Of a DNA stretch of 64,000 bases, positions 24,399 through 37,401 are shown in pieces. Every line of letters begins with the position of its first letter. The stretch's first letter is position 1. The notes under the pieces are model-generated. The model saw only the letters and a program-made list of their open reading frames with translations, searched no databases and was not told where the DNA came from. This DNA comes from Octopus sinensis. Taxonomy: Eukaryota. Both the position numbers and the translations under genes were made by a program. The stretch spans positions 83,080,001 through 83,144,000 of the forward strand of contig NC_043002.1 in NCBI RefSeq assembly GCF_006345805.1. Reading direction: 5' to 3'.

Positions 24399-25321
24399 TG
24401 TACAAGGATAAGCTCAAAGCTTATTCTTGAAAAAAATCCCGGAAAAAAACATTTGAAAACGATTGTATATAATTACAATTGATGGATGTTAACATGCTAT
24501 AGAACCATAAAGAACTGGATCACCTGGGTCATCTAGGTCAGCTAAAAGAACTGAGAGCAAAGACAAAGTCTTAAACTAATGTGTCAGTCTCCTTGTTTAA
24601 CAATCTTTTCATATATCTAGTCTGTTGATTTTGTAGCAGAGCTACATAAATTAGGCATAGTAATATGTGAGTCGACCTGCCCAGTAGACGAATATATCGA
24701 TGAGGCGTCTAGTCTCGCTTTGATACAGTAGCTTCGTTCTGAGACACTAGCCTCGTTCTGAGCTACACTGTAGAAACGGTCTCAGTTCCAGCCAGGTTTT
24801 GGTCAAAGACACATGTCTTCATTGCAGCTCCACGCGCAATCTCCCACGTGTGACTCACATGCTTATTCACCTCGACACAAGATATCTGGTTGGTAAACGA
24901 AGCTATTTTATCACATACACATTCTCAAAATGACTGTTCTCGTTACACACATGCGTACATACTATAATACAAATATTATGTGTTACTTATTTCAGTGCAA
25001 AAGCAAATATCAAAACTTTCCTTGTATGTAAACAGACATGTTTTTGTATCAAACTTTAAAAAATATAAGTACTGGGGTCTATTTACTGGATTTACTCGAA
25101 GGCGGTGCCCCAGTATGGCCACAGACTTATGAAGTCTATGACACCACCAGTGCCATAAACATTATCTGCCCCTCTTAAGGCGACGAGCTGGCAGCGTCGT
25201 TATGTGAAAATGTTTTTGGTTCTTTGCTTCACATTATAATGAACAAGTGATTCCCAACATTATGTAGTTTATATATTTAATACTTCGTATTTCATATTCA
25301 TTCTGTATCTATATCCTTTTA

Positions 25322-25500
25322 TTCTTTAACTTGTTTCAGTTATTTGACTGCGGCCATGCTGGGGCACCGCCTTTAGTCGAGCAAATCGACTCCAGAACGT
25401 ATTCTATCTGTCTCTTTTGCCGAACCACTAAGTTATGGGGACGTAAACACACCAGCATCGGTTGTCAAACGATGTTGGGGGAACAAACACAGACATAAAC

Positions 25501-25539
<39 letters not shown>

Positions 25540-25697
25540 CGACGGGCTTCTTTCAGTTTCCGTCTACCAAATTCACTTACAAGGCTTTGTCCGGTCCGAG
25601 GCTATAGTAGAAAACTCTTGCCCAAGGTGCCACGCAGTGGGACTGAACCCAGAACCATGTGGTTGGTATGCAAGCTATTTACCACACAGCCACGCTT
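25322..25697 (-). mobile_element. SINE family A
   Basis: Family consensus match. Confidence 0.9.
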
Positions 25698-25981
25698 GAA
25701 TAACTTTTTTCTTTATCTTATTTTATTATTGTAGAATATTAGAGTAACCTATAGCTTATTAGTTGTATTATATTTAATCAGTGTTTTTCTTTTTAAAAAA
25801 TTGTAATTTTAAACCAGGATGTTAAAAGGAATAAAAAAAGAATAAAATGTCATGGCTGGCAAGATAACTGGGATATCTTAAGTGACATAGACAAACGATA
25901 AAATAAGTACCAGTTTGACATTGGGGTCAATCTAATCGACTTATGCCAAAATTTGAAACCAATATTTCCCCCACAAGTGAA

Positions 25982-26087
25982 GGCGTGTGGCCTAGTGATT
26001 AGGCTGTTGCACTCAGGATCGGTAGATCTTGGGTTCGATTCCCTGACTAGGTGATGCATTGTGCTCTTGAGCAATACACTTCATTTC
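25982..26087 (+). mobile_element. Older tRNA-derived SINE head fragment
   Basis: TGGCCTAGTGATTAGG A-box, GGTTCGATTCCC B-box, followed by CTTGAGCAATACACTT. Confidence 0.6.
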
Positions 26088-26088
26088 A

Positions 26089-26151
26089 AAAGGCGGCGAG
26101 CTGGCAGAAACGTTAGCACGCCGGACGAAATGCGTAGCCGTATTTCGTCTG
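26089..26151 (+). mobile_element. SINE family B, 5' part (split by the Tx1 insertion)
   Basis: AAGGCGGCGAGCTGGCAGAAACGTTAGCACGCCGG...CGTATTTCGTCTG. It continues at 31498. Confidence 0.92.
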
Positions 26152-29100
26152 TCGCACATGTGTTCGTGAAGTAAGAATTGCTGTTTCGTGGTGTTAATAT
26201 TGTTAACAACTATTGTTTCTTGTTAAACTGTTGAATAACTTAACTGTTGGAGTTTTCAATTGAAAACACTTAGTGCTTGTGGTAGCACGCGTTGTTCATT
26301 CCCCCTTTGGGGGGAAGAATGTCGTCTAGCATGGAGCCTACCGTTGGAGCAGAAATACTTGTTTCTCCTGTTGAGAGGAGGAAATACATGTCCGGCGAGG
26401 AGCCAACTACAGACAAGGAAATAGGGGTTTCCCCCGCTACAAGAAGGATAGCAGAGAGGATAATATATTTGATATTTTTGGAGATGTGTCTGAGAGCTCG
26501 TCAGAACTTTCACCAGAAGAGTTTCCGACTTTGCCAGAGAACAAAGGCATTGTGTCGAAGAGAATAATTGATGTGCCTAGCATCCAGATAGAACCAAAAA
26601 ATGGAAAAAAAAAGTTTTGCGTTGGCTGCTGGGGGTGGAACCCAGATACTGTCGACGAATAAAATCCCCGAAATTATGAAATACAGCAAAATGATGGAAA
26701 TAACTGACAACGGTGTGAAAATTGAACCTCCGCAAAAGTTATTACAGGAAGAAAAGCAAAAAACAATAATTTTCAAAACATATTGTCTACAAAAAAGAAA
26801 AATTGAAAGAATGTCAGAAGAGAAAATAGAAAAGTGCTTAAAGCCAATATTGGGCGACGTAGTATTTCTGAGAAGAGGAAAAAAATTCGGAACGGTGTAA
26901 GTAAGGTTCACCAATAAAGAAATAGCACACAAGAACTCAGTTGAAACGTTGAAACGAACGACGTGGAGTTAATCCCCTATTATATGGGGATGAGGACGTC
27001 GCGAATAAAAATTACAAGGGTCCCGCCAGAGGTCGAACCTATGTGGTTGTTGGCGGCAGTCCTAATCAAAGAGGTAGAAAAAATTACTCTCCTCCAGGCT
27101 ACCGCTACGGAAAACCCACGCTGGGATGGTCAAACAATTAATCTTCTCATTCAAGCGGACCCTAAAATAATTCAAACAATTCCTGAGACAATTGAGGTAG
27201 GGGAGGAGAACCTCGTGGTGTTTGTTGAGGCCGAAAACCTCGATGTTTTTTTATGTGGTCAATTAGGCCACATTCGAAGGAACTGCAAGGAAAAAGAAGA
27301 GGAGGAAGAGGAGAAAAAAGACAAAGAGGAAGAAGATAAAGAAGAAACAGATGAGAAAAAAACAACAACAAAAGAAAAATACAACCAGCAACCCAGCCGA
27401 GAGAGGCGACTACTACAGAACAACGACCAAAAAAGACTGCCAGAAGAGAAAAAGAAGAAAAAGGCATAATAGCCGTATACACTAAAGATACTGAGCTCAT
27501 GAGAGACATTCAACTCATAAAGACTGTAAAAAAAATTGATAACCTTTCAGAGGAATTTATCAATTACGACATATATGAAGTCTCAAATAAGACTTATAGA
27601 ATTCTACAAAATAAGTACAGAAAGACTATATCTTCATTGAGATTAGATTTTAACAAGTCGATATTTCATGGATTACCAGCTCCGATCCCGCGAGAAAAGG
27701 AAAAGGTGGAGATTCCCCCTCCACCTGATAATTCTGTGTCGGTGGTGAGACGGGATTTTGACAAATCTATTTCCCAAGACCGTCCACCTCCGACCCTGGA
27801 TCAAAAAAAGGTGGAGGGTCCCCCTCCACCGGACAAACCTAATTAAACAGGTAAGTGATGGCTATTCACATTGGTTGTTTAAATGTTCATGGCCTGTTGT
27901 CAAGCTGGAAGCAAGGACGCTTTCTGAATGACATCAGGTCGAGAAATTTGGATGTAATTGTTGCAACGGAAACCGGGTGAAGGGGCCAAGAGATCTGCTC
28001 CCCCTCCTGAACGGCTACGAGAAATACGTTTCTCCGAGTCGGGCGGGAGGTGGGGGTGGGGTGTTGGTCCTACTAAAAAGAAACCGGGTAGCCGAGAAAA
28101 AGTTGGTTTTTTCTGACCCAGAAGGCAGGCTGGTCGTTCTCGACTTGACATTCAGTTGTGGCAAGACAATCAGGCTGGTCGCTATTTACGCACCAAACAT
28201 TATTGGCCCGCAAACTGAATATTTTCGTGGCCTAGGAAAGTTCCTAGCCACGTCGCATTCACTAGTAGTGTTAGGAGACTCTAATACAATATGTGCAGCA
28301 CACACAGATTGTGTTGGCTCAAACTCGAACATGAACAGAAAATGTAACCAGGCTTTCGGGATCTGCTAAGTCAATTTCAGCTAGCAGATCCATATAGGTT
28401 GGAGCACCCGAACACTCCACAGTGGACGTGGTCAAATAGTGACGGGTCTACCAGAACATATCTAGATAGGATTTTAATTAGAGAAAAAGATAAGTCCATA
28501 GTTGAGTGTCCACAGTTTTTTCTAGTCAGCTACAGTGACCACAAGATGGTTACCTGTAAACTGACGGTAGATAAGTTGCATAGACAGGGATCTGGCTACT
28601 GGAAACTCAATACGTCCCTTTTGGCGATTGAGGAGTACAGAAAGCGGATCAAGATGTTAATACAGAGGGCATTAACAGGTACCATCATTAATAACAAATG
28701 GTGGTACGTCCTAAAAAGAGCCATCAAATATGAGTCTCTTAGGTTTAGCATAAGTTTAGCTAAGAAGGGACGTAAAATAGGAGATGGTCTAGTTAAGGAA
28801 CTAGAAGAAGCTGGAGGACTGGTAATACAGACCAAGCGAGGGTGAAAAGACTGGAGTTAAACCAGCATCTTGAAGCCCCCACATGGGAAGTATTACCAGA
28901 GCTAAGTTACGTGCAATGGGAAGTGAAGGAATCAAAGCCGCTGGATGGGCCCGAGTGGTGGAAGCTCGGCAAGGAAATAGTTCCTCTATTCGGTCTTTGA
29001 CGAATCAAAATGGTGTCTTGATAAACGAACCCGAGAAAATGTGTGAGGTCTTTCGGGAGTACTTCGCCCAGCTGTTCGGGGGTGACGGCGGTCCTGGTGG

Positions 29101-31497
29101 TGGGAGAGCCCTCGAGGACTTTCTTACCGGGCTGCCGTGCCTCTCGGGGTCGGATGCGGAGTCTTGCGAAGGGCCAATCACACCTGAGGAGGTGATGGAG
29201 GCTTTGGCCGATTGTAAAGCGGGTAAGTCACCGGGACTTGATGGTCTTCCGTACGAGCTGTATAAATGTATGCCAGACTTGTTCGGGCAACTACTGACTG
29301 ACGTGTACGCGAACTGGAACAGAATGGGTTTATCCCCAGATCTGTGCGCCGGGGAGTAGTGACGTTGGTCAGAAAGGACCCGGACAAGGGGGACGTTCTA
29401 GAGAATTCAGGCCCATCACTCTGTTAAACGCAGAAGTGAAGATTTTGGCCAAGGTTCTAGCAAAAAGGTTGGCGCGTGTCGCGAATGGTATAGTCGGGGA
29501 GGCACAGACATGTGCCATCCCAGGCAGAACCATTCAGGATACCCTCCATCTTATTCGCTATACCATAGAGAGGTTTGGTAATAAATCTGGCAAAGGTGGG
29601 GCATTGGTGCATTTGGACCAGTCTAAAGCTTTTGATAGGGTTGACCATCGATACCTAGCGACTGTACTTGCGCGTTTGGCCTGGGCCTTGGCTTCCTCAG
29701 GTGGTTTATCGCTTTGTACCACAACATTGACTCGATAGTTCGGTGAACGGTTTTCTTTCGAAGCCGTTCTGCATCAGACGCTCGGTTCGTCAAGGATGTC
29801 CGCTTTCACCACTTTTGTATGTGATGGCTCTCGAGCCATTACTGCAAAGGTTGAGTGGCATCCCGAGAGAACCAGGACTAGAGGAGTTTGTTACGGCTTT
29901 CGCGGATGATATCACTATCAGTGTAACCACAGTGGCACGCCTACGTGAAGTAGGTAAGACTATTGAGGCTTACGAGGAGGTAGCAGGAGCAAAGATTAAC
30001 CGGGAAAAGTCGGTCGGCTTGCAGCTCGGCACCTGGGTTGGCAAGTCGATGCCTTCAGACAGTGTTGTTAGGCGCTGGACGGAGGGACCGGTTAAGGTTG
30101 CTGGGAGTCTGGTTTGGACCAGGCCTCCAGATAGAGAAGAACTGGACGGAGGTATTGAGCAGGGTGGCTGCAGTAGTCAAGACCTGGTCTTGGCGGTGGC
30201 TATCCCTGAAAGGGAGGGCGGAAGTGGCCAATGTGTTTATCGCATCGGTCATTACCTACCGCCTGACCGTCGTGCCCTGTCCGGATTCGTGGTTGATCAG
30301 GTTGGAGAGACAGCTCTTTCGCTTTTTGTGGAAGGGCAGGTCGCCACTTGTGAAACGCTCTGTCTGCTGTCAAAAGCCTTTAAATGGAGGTTTAGGGATG
30401 CCTTGGTTAATGATGCGCAGACATGCGTTGAGGTTGAGGCACCTCTGGATTCTCCTGGATAGTGAACGGGTGTGGTCTCCGCTGGCCAGACAAATGTTCC
30501 CTGAGTTCAAGAGTTTTTGCGAACAGGAAGCCTGGTGTTCTCGTAGACCGAGGTCGAGTGAGTGGCATAAAGAGTGCCGTAAGGCCCTCTTGCTGTTCCG
30601 GCGCTCGGGCAACGCCAGCGGTGGGGGTTCCACACGGATTTTATATATGGGTTGGTAGAGTCTGAATGCGACGATGGCCTGGGGTCGACTCTAGGTCTCG
30701 GATTTATTCAACTGGACAGCTTGTTTCATCGTACATTCGGGTTGAGAACGTTGGACTACTTCCAAAAGTCCTTAACCTGGCAATGCTACAGAGGTGCCTT
30801 GCCCGTTTGGGATAAGCTCGCAAGACATGGTAAACGTCAGTCGCCGACCTGTCCAAGATGCGGAGGGGACAGGGAAACCGTCCCTCACGCTATTGTTCAG
30901 TGTCCGGAGATAACTGAAATGTGGGCTTATGCTGAACATCTGTTGTCCGGCGAAGGAAGAGTACGGCTGTCGACTGAGTCAATTATAAAAATTGACCCAC
31001 CGGGAGTTCTAACGAACGAAGTAAGAATTGTTTTCTCACGGTTGTAGCAATAGCAAAAGAGGCTGTATGGAAGACTAGGATAAAAGGAATTAAGAGGGCA
31101 ACTTTATCTCTGGTGACAATTTACGATCCTTTTTTTCTTTTCATTTGAAAAGGAAACTGTGGCTGGAGAAGAGGTGTCTGTCAGAGTGTACCTTCCAAAA
31201 GAGATGGAAGTATGTTGCACGAGTGTTGTGCGTGCAAGGAACCGTGTGAATAGACGAGGAAAAAAAAAAAAAAGGAAAAATAAAAAGGTATCAGCGGTAG
31301 ATCGGAGCTTGTGGGATCGGAGCGTAACTTGATCATCGCTTCATTTGTATTGTTTTTGTACTGTGTATTCCATTCGATTTGTATGTATTGTATTTTAATT
31401 TTGATGTCACATTTATGTAAAATCATATCGATTCACTGATCCCATCAGTTGTACTGTCCATATCTATGTTTGGCCCCCGGTGGGCAATAAAGAAATT
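26152..31497 (+). mobile_element. Tx1/L1-clade LINE, near full length, frameshifted, with 13-bp TSD
   Basis: ORF1 ~26325-27846 (C..CGQLGHIRRNC knuckle). ORF2 27858-~31249: APE (IGCLNVHGL, VAIYAPN, TYLDRIL, SDHKMV), RT (KSPGLDGLPYE, LDQSKAFDRVDH, VRQGCPLSPLLY, FADDI) and C-terminal CPRC..ETVPHAIVQC. TSD CGTATTTCGTCTG at 26139-26151 and 31498-31510. Confidence 0.95.
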
Positions 31498-31650
31498 CGT
31501 ATTTCGTCTGCAGTTACGTTCTGAGTTCAAATCGACTTTGCCTTTCATCCTTTCGGGGTCGATAAATGAAGCACCAGTTGCGTTCTGGGATCGATCTAAA
31601 CGACTGCCCTTCTCCCCAAAAATTTCGGGCTTTGTGCCTAGAATAGGAAA
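31498..31650 (+). mobile_element. SINE family B, 3' part
   Basis: CGTATTTCGTCTGCAGTTACGTTCTGAGTTCAAATCGACTTTGCCTTTCATCCTTTCGGGGTCGAT continues the head at 26089. Confidence 0.92.
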
Positions 31651-32502
31651 GAATATACTCTCCCTTAAACATTGCTGACTTTTCAAAATAAAAAAAAGGC
31701 AGGGTGTAGTTATAGGTTCACTCGATTCTTCGAGGTCTGATCATTTTATTGCTGTGATGTTTCTCATAGGAAGTAATTTCTTTTCATTTTATTATCAAAT
31801 TTCCCAGTATTCGTTATGCAAATACTACCAATCCTAAATAATTGTATAAATATCTTTCTCGAATTTCGACTCTAGAAGTCACACTTTGTAGTCTCTTTTC
31901 ATTGGTTATGAAAAATTTATTTATGATTTCCTTATGTAATTATCTATAGCCATTTGACCCGGGAAGGCGTTATTCATTTCAGTCCACAATCGTTCCTATT
32001 GGTTCACACCAAATTACATTTGCTTATACGATTTCAAGGTATTATAACTGGATTTTTTATTTATTTATTTTCTCAACAACGTATTTTCCCAGAGTAATAT
32101 TTAGACTAAGTCAACCCGACTAAGATCAACCCTTATCAAATAATGAAGGAGGAACTGTCCTCAGATATACAAGCTCACGGGGTGATAGATTATGGGCTGA
32201 GAAACGTGTTTATTGTTGGACAACAAGGGTTAAATGCATATCAATTTCATAAAATGCTGCACGATATTTAAATGATAATGTTAATATATATATATATATG
32301 TGAACGTATGTATATTTATGCGTATATATATATATATATATATATATATTGTCATCAAAAAAGGGGGTAGAATTAATTAATTGTTAATAAATTCGACCAA
32401 GCAGTATTCGGTATGTAAAGACCATTTTGGCTGCTATTTCTGAAAAGTTCGGTGTGTGGTAAAGTGAATTTTTTTTACTTTACCATATTTTTATAAATTA
32501 TA

Positions 32503-32563
<61 letters not shown>

Positions 32564-32993
32564 GGGTGTGGTGTGTGTGTGTGTGTGGGTGTGTACATGT
32601 GTATGTTCGTGTTTTAGTGTTTCATTATCTGACATTGTGCAATAATTATAAGTGAGTGTCACTGTCAGCAAGAAATGCTTTTGTTTACAGTCTTCCGGTG
32701 TAATCGTGTCTGGGTATGGTGAAATATTGATTGTCTTACTTTGAAACAGGTGAGGCTTGGCGATGGAAAGGGTATCAGGCTATATGAAATCTGTCTGAAC
32801 AATGGGAACATGCAAAAGCGGATCTTTATTTTCTCTCCTTGTTTCTTTCTGTGTTCTTTTCAGTGGAAGAGCGCAGGCTCGAAACATTAAAGACTTTTTC
32901 ACTTCCCGAGCGTTATACTAATACATGTGTTTGTTGTCTACACTACCTGTCTTCGTCTTTTGTATTTTTTTGCGAATTCTCCCAATATATATT

Positions 32994-33066
<73 letters not shown>

Positions 33067-33071
<5 letters not shown>

Positions 33072-33458
33072 TGTGTGGTAAGTAGCTTGCTAACCAACCA
33101 CATGGTTCCGGGTTCAGTCCCACTGCGTGGCATCTTGGGCAAGTGTCTTCTGCTATAGCCTCGGGCCGACCAAAGCCTTGTGAGTGGATTTGGTAGACGG
33201 AAACTGAAAGAAGCCTGTCGTATATATGTATATATATAATATATATTATGTATGTATATGTTTGTGTGTCTGTGTTTGTCCCTCTAGCATTGCTTGACAA
33301 CCGATGCTGGTGTGTTTACGTCCCCGTCACTTAGCGGTTCGGCAAAAGAGATCGATAGAATAAGTACTGGGCTTACAAAGAATAAATCCTGGGGTCGATT
33401 TGGTCGACTAAAGGCGGTGCTCCAGCATGGCCGCAGTCAAATGACTGAAACAAGTAAG
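33067..33458 (+). mobile_element. SINE family A, near consensus
   Basis: TGGCTGTGTGGTAAG A-box, GGTTCAGTCCC B-box, core, microsatellite and tail GGCGGTGCTCCAGCATGGCCGCAGTCAAATGACTGAAAC. Confidence 0.92.
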
Positions 33459-34875
33459 AGAAAAAAAGAGTATATATATATATACACACACACACACACT
33501 TTATTTGTGTATTAAGGCTACGATTGGTTTCATGTTAAGAAATATCTCGACGATGAAACAGAATCTCCAATGGTAGGATTAATACACAAATAAAGAATTT
33601 TTGTCCACCAATGCGGTGTTGATCACTCATTCTCGTGGTTCGATACTTAGGTGTGTGTGTAAATATATATATATATATATATAGATGTGTGTGTGTATAT
33701 TTACTTACATATATATGTGTATATATATAAATATATACACACACAAATACACACACACATATATACACATACATACACACATATATGTACTTCCGTGTCT
33801 GTGTGAGCGTGAGTTTGTGTGTACTACGTGAGCCACAATATTTTCAACCGAGGCATTACAACTGCATCTAATTGTTCAAATGCTTCAATGCTGTCAAGGG
33901 CCCGGGAACAGGGGGTGCAGCTGGTGCAACTGCACCCCTTGGAATTTTCAGGTGGTGCAAGATCAAAATTTGCACCCCCTACATAATTTTACCAGTTTCA
34001 GAAAATAGTGTCTAAAAAATTAACTGTATAAGATGCTTGAAACTAGATTTCGTTCCAAAGCAAAAACAAAAAACAAAAATAAATAAATAAAAGTGATGAA
34101 GTTGGGCTTAAAATTCCCAAGGGAATTTATGACTAACCAACTTCTGAAGCAAAGTAGCATCAAAATAAAAAGTATGTGACAACAACAGTAGCAGCAAACA
34201 ACAAGAACAACAACATGACCAGCATCTGCGGCTACTCTTCAATACATAGCATTACTTGGATTCTTGAAGATAGCTTTATTCTGACAAAAATAACTCCAAA
34301 ATCTTGCAATGCTGAAAATGTGTGAAGGTTCTTGTCCTCTCTCAGTCTGTCACCTCTCTCAAGTTCTTTGTAGTTGATGTTGCTAAAGACTGACGACATG
34401 GTTGAATGGATTCGACTGCTTGACCTCAGCCTAACAATAAAAGCCCTTTAAAAATTCTTATTCAGTCATATCGGTTTTCTCATTTAGGTTGTTAGGCCCA
34501 AAGTTTGATAAGGGAACAAAATGATTTATTTTTATCTTTGATATTTAATGCTCATTGTTAAATGCTTTGATACTTATTGCTCATTCGAAATACTAGTCCA
34601 GTTTAATAAAAAGAAAAAAAAATATTTTGAAAGAAAACATTTAATTATAAATGATTGCAGACCAACCCTGAAATTACCTAATTTGAAAGAAATGTATTCA
34701 ACAATTTCAGACTAATTTATATAAAAAGGAAATGATATTAAAAGCATTACCTACCGTCATCCTGACGCGGTTAACCACGAAGATCACTTCAGAGTCAAGA
34801 GTACAGGCAGTGGGACTGAACCCGGAACCATGTGGTCGGTTAGCAAGCAAACTTACACACAGCCACTCCTACACA

Positions 34876-34978
<103 letters not shown>

Positions 34979-35029
34979 TGCATGCATCATGCATGCATGC
35001 ATGCATGAATGTATGTATGTATGTATGTC

Positions 35030-36298
35030 TTGATTCTGGATTATTTGAACCATTTCATAAACCGAACGATCATATAAGTACATTAACATAACATTCAACC
35101 ACCCACCCTTGATTATACTGGGACTAGTTAAGAATATTTCTACTAGAATTTCTAGATTATCTGCTACCAGTAAAATTTTCGAATCTCATGCATCTTATTA
35201 TAATGATGCTCTAGCTAAGGATGGGTACCGTAATTGAATTCAATATATACAAGATTCAGGGTTAAGCAAAACTGGTAATTCCTTCAAAAAGATACACATC
35301 GTATGCCATCACAACGTAACCGTTTGAGAAATCACTCGGATAAAGAATACAGGCTAGAAGGAATTGGTCATGTCAATGATCTACCAAAGAAAACTCATAG
35401 ACACATGCAACATCTACTTGTTCCAATTTTGTACAACACACTAGATCAAATAAACCTAACAACAGATATAGGAATCAGGATGTCCTCTGATTCAACCCAG
35501 TTTTCGGTTTGCACGTTTCAAAAAGGATTGCTGGAAAATTTTTTGCTGCTTTGGACAAATGTTTTCCTAAATCCAATCGGTACCATGCTATTTTTAATCG
35601 GCACACCGTGAAGGTATCCTACGCTAAATCTGGAGTAGCTTATGCATCGCATAAACAATAGAAAAATGCGACGATGGTTCAATAACCCACCTACTGGATC
35701 TAGCAGGCATATACATCTAAATGCTAACCAAGGAGATGTAAATCGCATTGATAATTATCAACTTCGATCAATTTGTAGTAGTAGAAGTACTCTTGGTACA
35801 GCTAGCACGATAACAATGCCGGTGAATGGAGTCAGGACTGCTTTATATACAAATAAAAACGATAAATGCTCATGCAAAGATAAATCAAAATGTCCTTTGA
35901 TGAATCTCCGTATGAGTACAAATCTTGTATATAAATGTACCGTGCACACACGGGGAGGGCCCTATGTTTACATTGGGCAGACGGCGGATTCATTTAAGGA
36001 TCGTTATCGTAATCATGTCGCCAGCTTTAGGTCAATCAATAAGAGACATTCAACATCTTTGGCAGATTTTATATGGCGACTGAAAGAGGCTAATGCGAAA
36101 TACTACATTACTTGGTCCATAGTTAGACAGGCAAAACCATACAGTGCAATTTCCAGGAGATGCCGTCTCTGCTCCGAGGGATCCCTGTCTATTCTGTGGA
36201 CTAACGAAAAGATACTTAATAGAATTTCTGAAAGAATATCGAGATGCCTACACGCATATAAATGTACTTTTGCACAATGCAGTGAGAATGAATTTTGA
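35030..36298 (+). pseudogene. Penelope-like element 3' fragment (RT thumb plus GIY-YIG endonuclease)
   Basis: PFHKPND, FNPVF...KFFAALDKCFP...IFNRHTVKVSY, LVYKCTV...VYIGQTADSFKDRYRNH, STSLADFIW, CRLC. Confidence 0.88.
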
Positions 36299-36349
36299 GT
36301 AACAGTTAACTTAGTGAATTTTATTTTATCTTACTTTAAGGTATTTTTT

Positions 36350-36744
36350 TCTCTTTTACTTGTTTCAGTCATTTGACTGCGGCCATGCTGGAGCACCGCC
36401 TTTAATCGAGCAACTCGACCCCGGAACTTATTCTTTTGTAAGCCCAGTACTTATTCTATCGGTCTCTTTTGCCGAACCGCTAAGTAACGGGGACATAAAC
36501 ACACCAGCATCGGTTGTCAAGCAATGCTGGGGGACAAACACAGACACACAAACACACACACACGCATATACACATATATACGACAGGCTTCTTTCAGTTT
36601 CCGTCTACCAAATCCTCTCACAAGGCATTAGTCGGGCCGAGGCTATAGTAGAAGACACTTGCCCAAGGTGCCACGCAGTGGGACTGAACCCGGAACCATG
36701 TGGTTAGTAAACAAGCTACTTACCACACAGCCACTCCTGCGCCT
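36350..36744 (-). mobile_element. SINE family A, full length
   Basis: Family consensus match. Confidence 0.92.
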
Positions 36745-37284
36745 GTATGGATAACTAAAATTTACTTTAAACCTAACCGTTCTTCTAAACACCTACTAAG
36801 TATCTAACTCGTTTTGTAACTGTGAGTGCGCCTAACCTCGCGTGTGCGTATGCTCACAGTTTTGCTAATGCTTGTGTGAGCGTGTGCACTCGTGCCATGC
36901 AGCTTGCTCGAGGGCGTTTATACATCCATATCGGTTAATGGTTACTTTCAATACTTTTATCGCTGGATTAAGTGTTCGTTTCCCTTTTTATCTTCTGCAA
37001 TCTTATTTTTGAATCTTCTATATATATATGACGAATTTTCCTGTCTGGTTGTTTTTCTCTCTACAAAACGAAAAGTTGCATTATGGAACGGTCATATTAA
37101 CGAGTTTATTTTTATTTATTCATCACCCAACGAGATACGTCCGCACCACAGGATACTTCAGAACAAGTTTTTGTGTGTTCCACAAGAGGAGTCGATGCTA
37201 CATGTGTCGAAACAATTGTTGTGATTAGTAATATATTCTTGTATATTCCATCTTCTGTCTTTCTACACAACACACACATACATA

Positions 37285-37331
<47 letters not shown>

Positions 37332-37401
37332 TTATGTATATATTTATGTATATATGTATATATATATATATATGTATATATGTATATATATATATATATA
37401 T

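Noticed and set aside
24660-24900. CpG-containing stretch with adjacent CACGTG and TGACTCA motifs
   Set aside because: Short motifs alone do not establish an enhancer; chromatin data are needed.
27847-27860. Perfect splice donor CAG|GTAAGT between Tx1 ORF1 and ORF2
   Set aside because: It is not present in the other Tx1 copy and a short motif can occur by chance.
34200-34420. Possible hAT C-terminal remnant on the minus strand
   Set aside because: Only a weak FSAL-like match and too degenerate to support.
37185-37226. Hammerhead-like GAAACAATTGTT motif (similar at 32865-32900)
   Set aside because: The CUGANGA half of the core is not recognisable; at most these are decayed relics.
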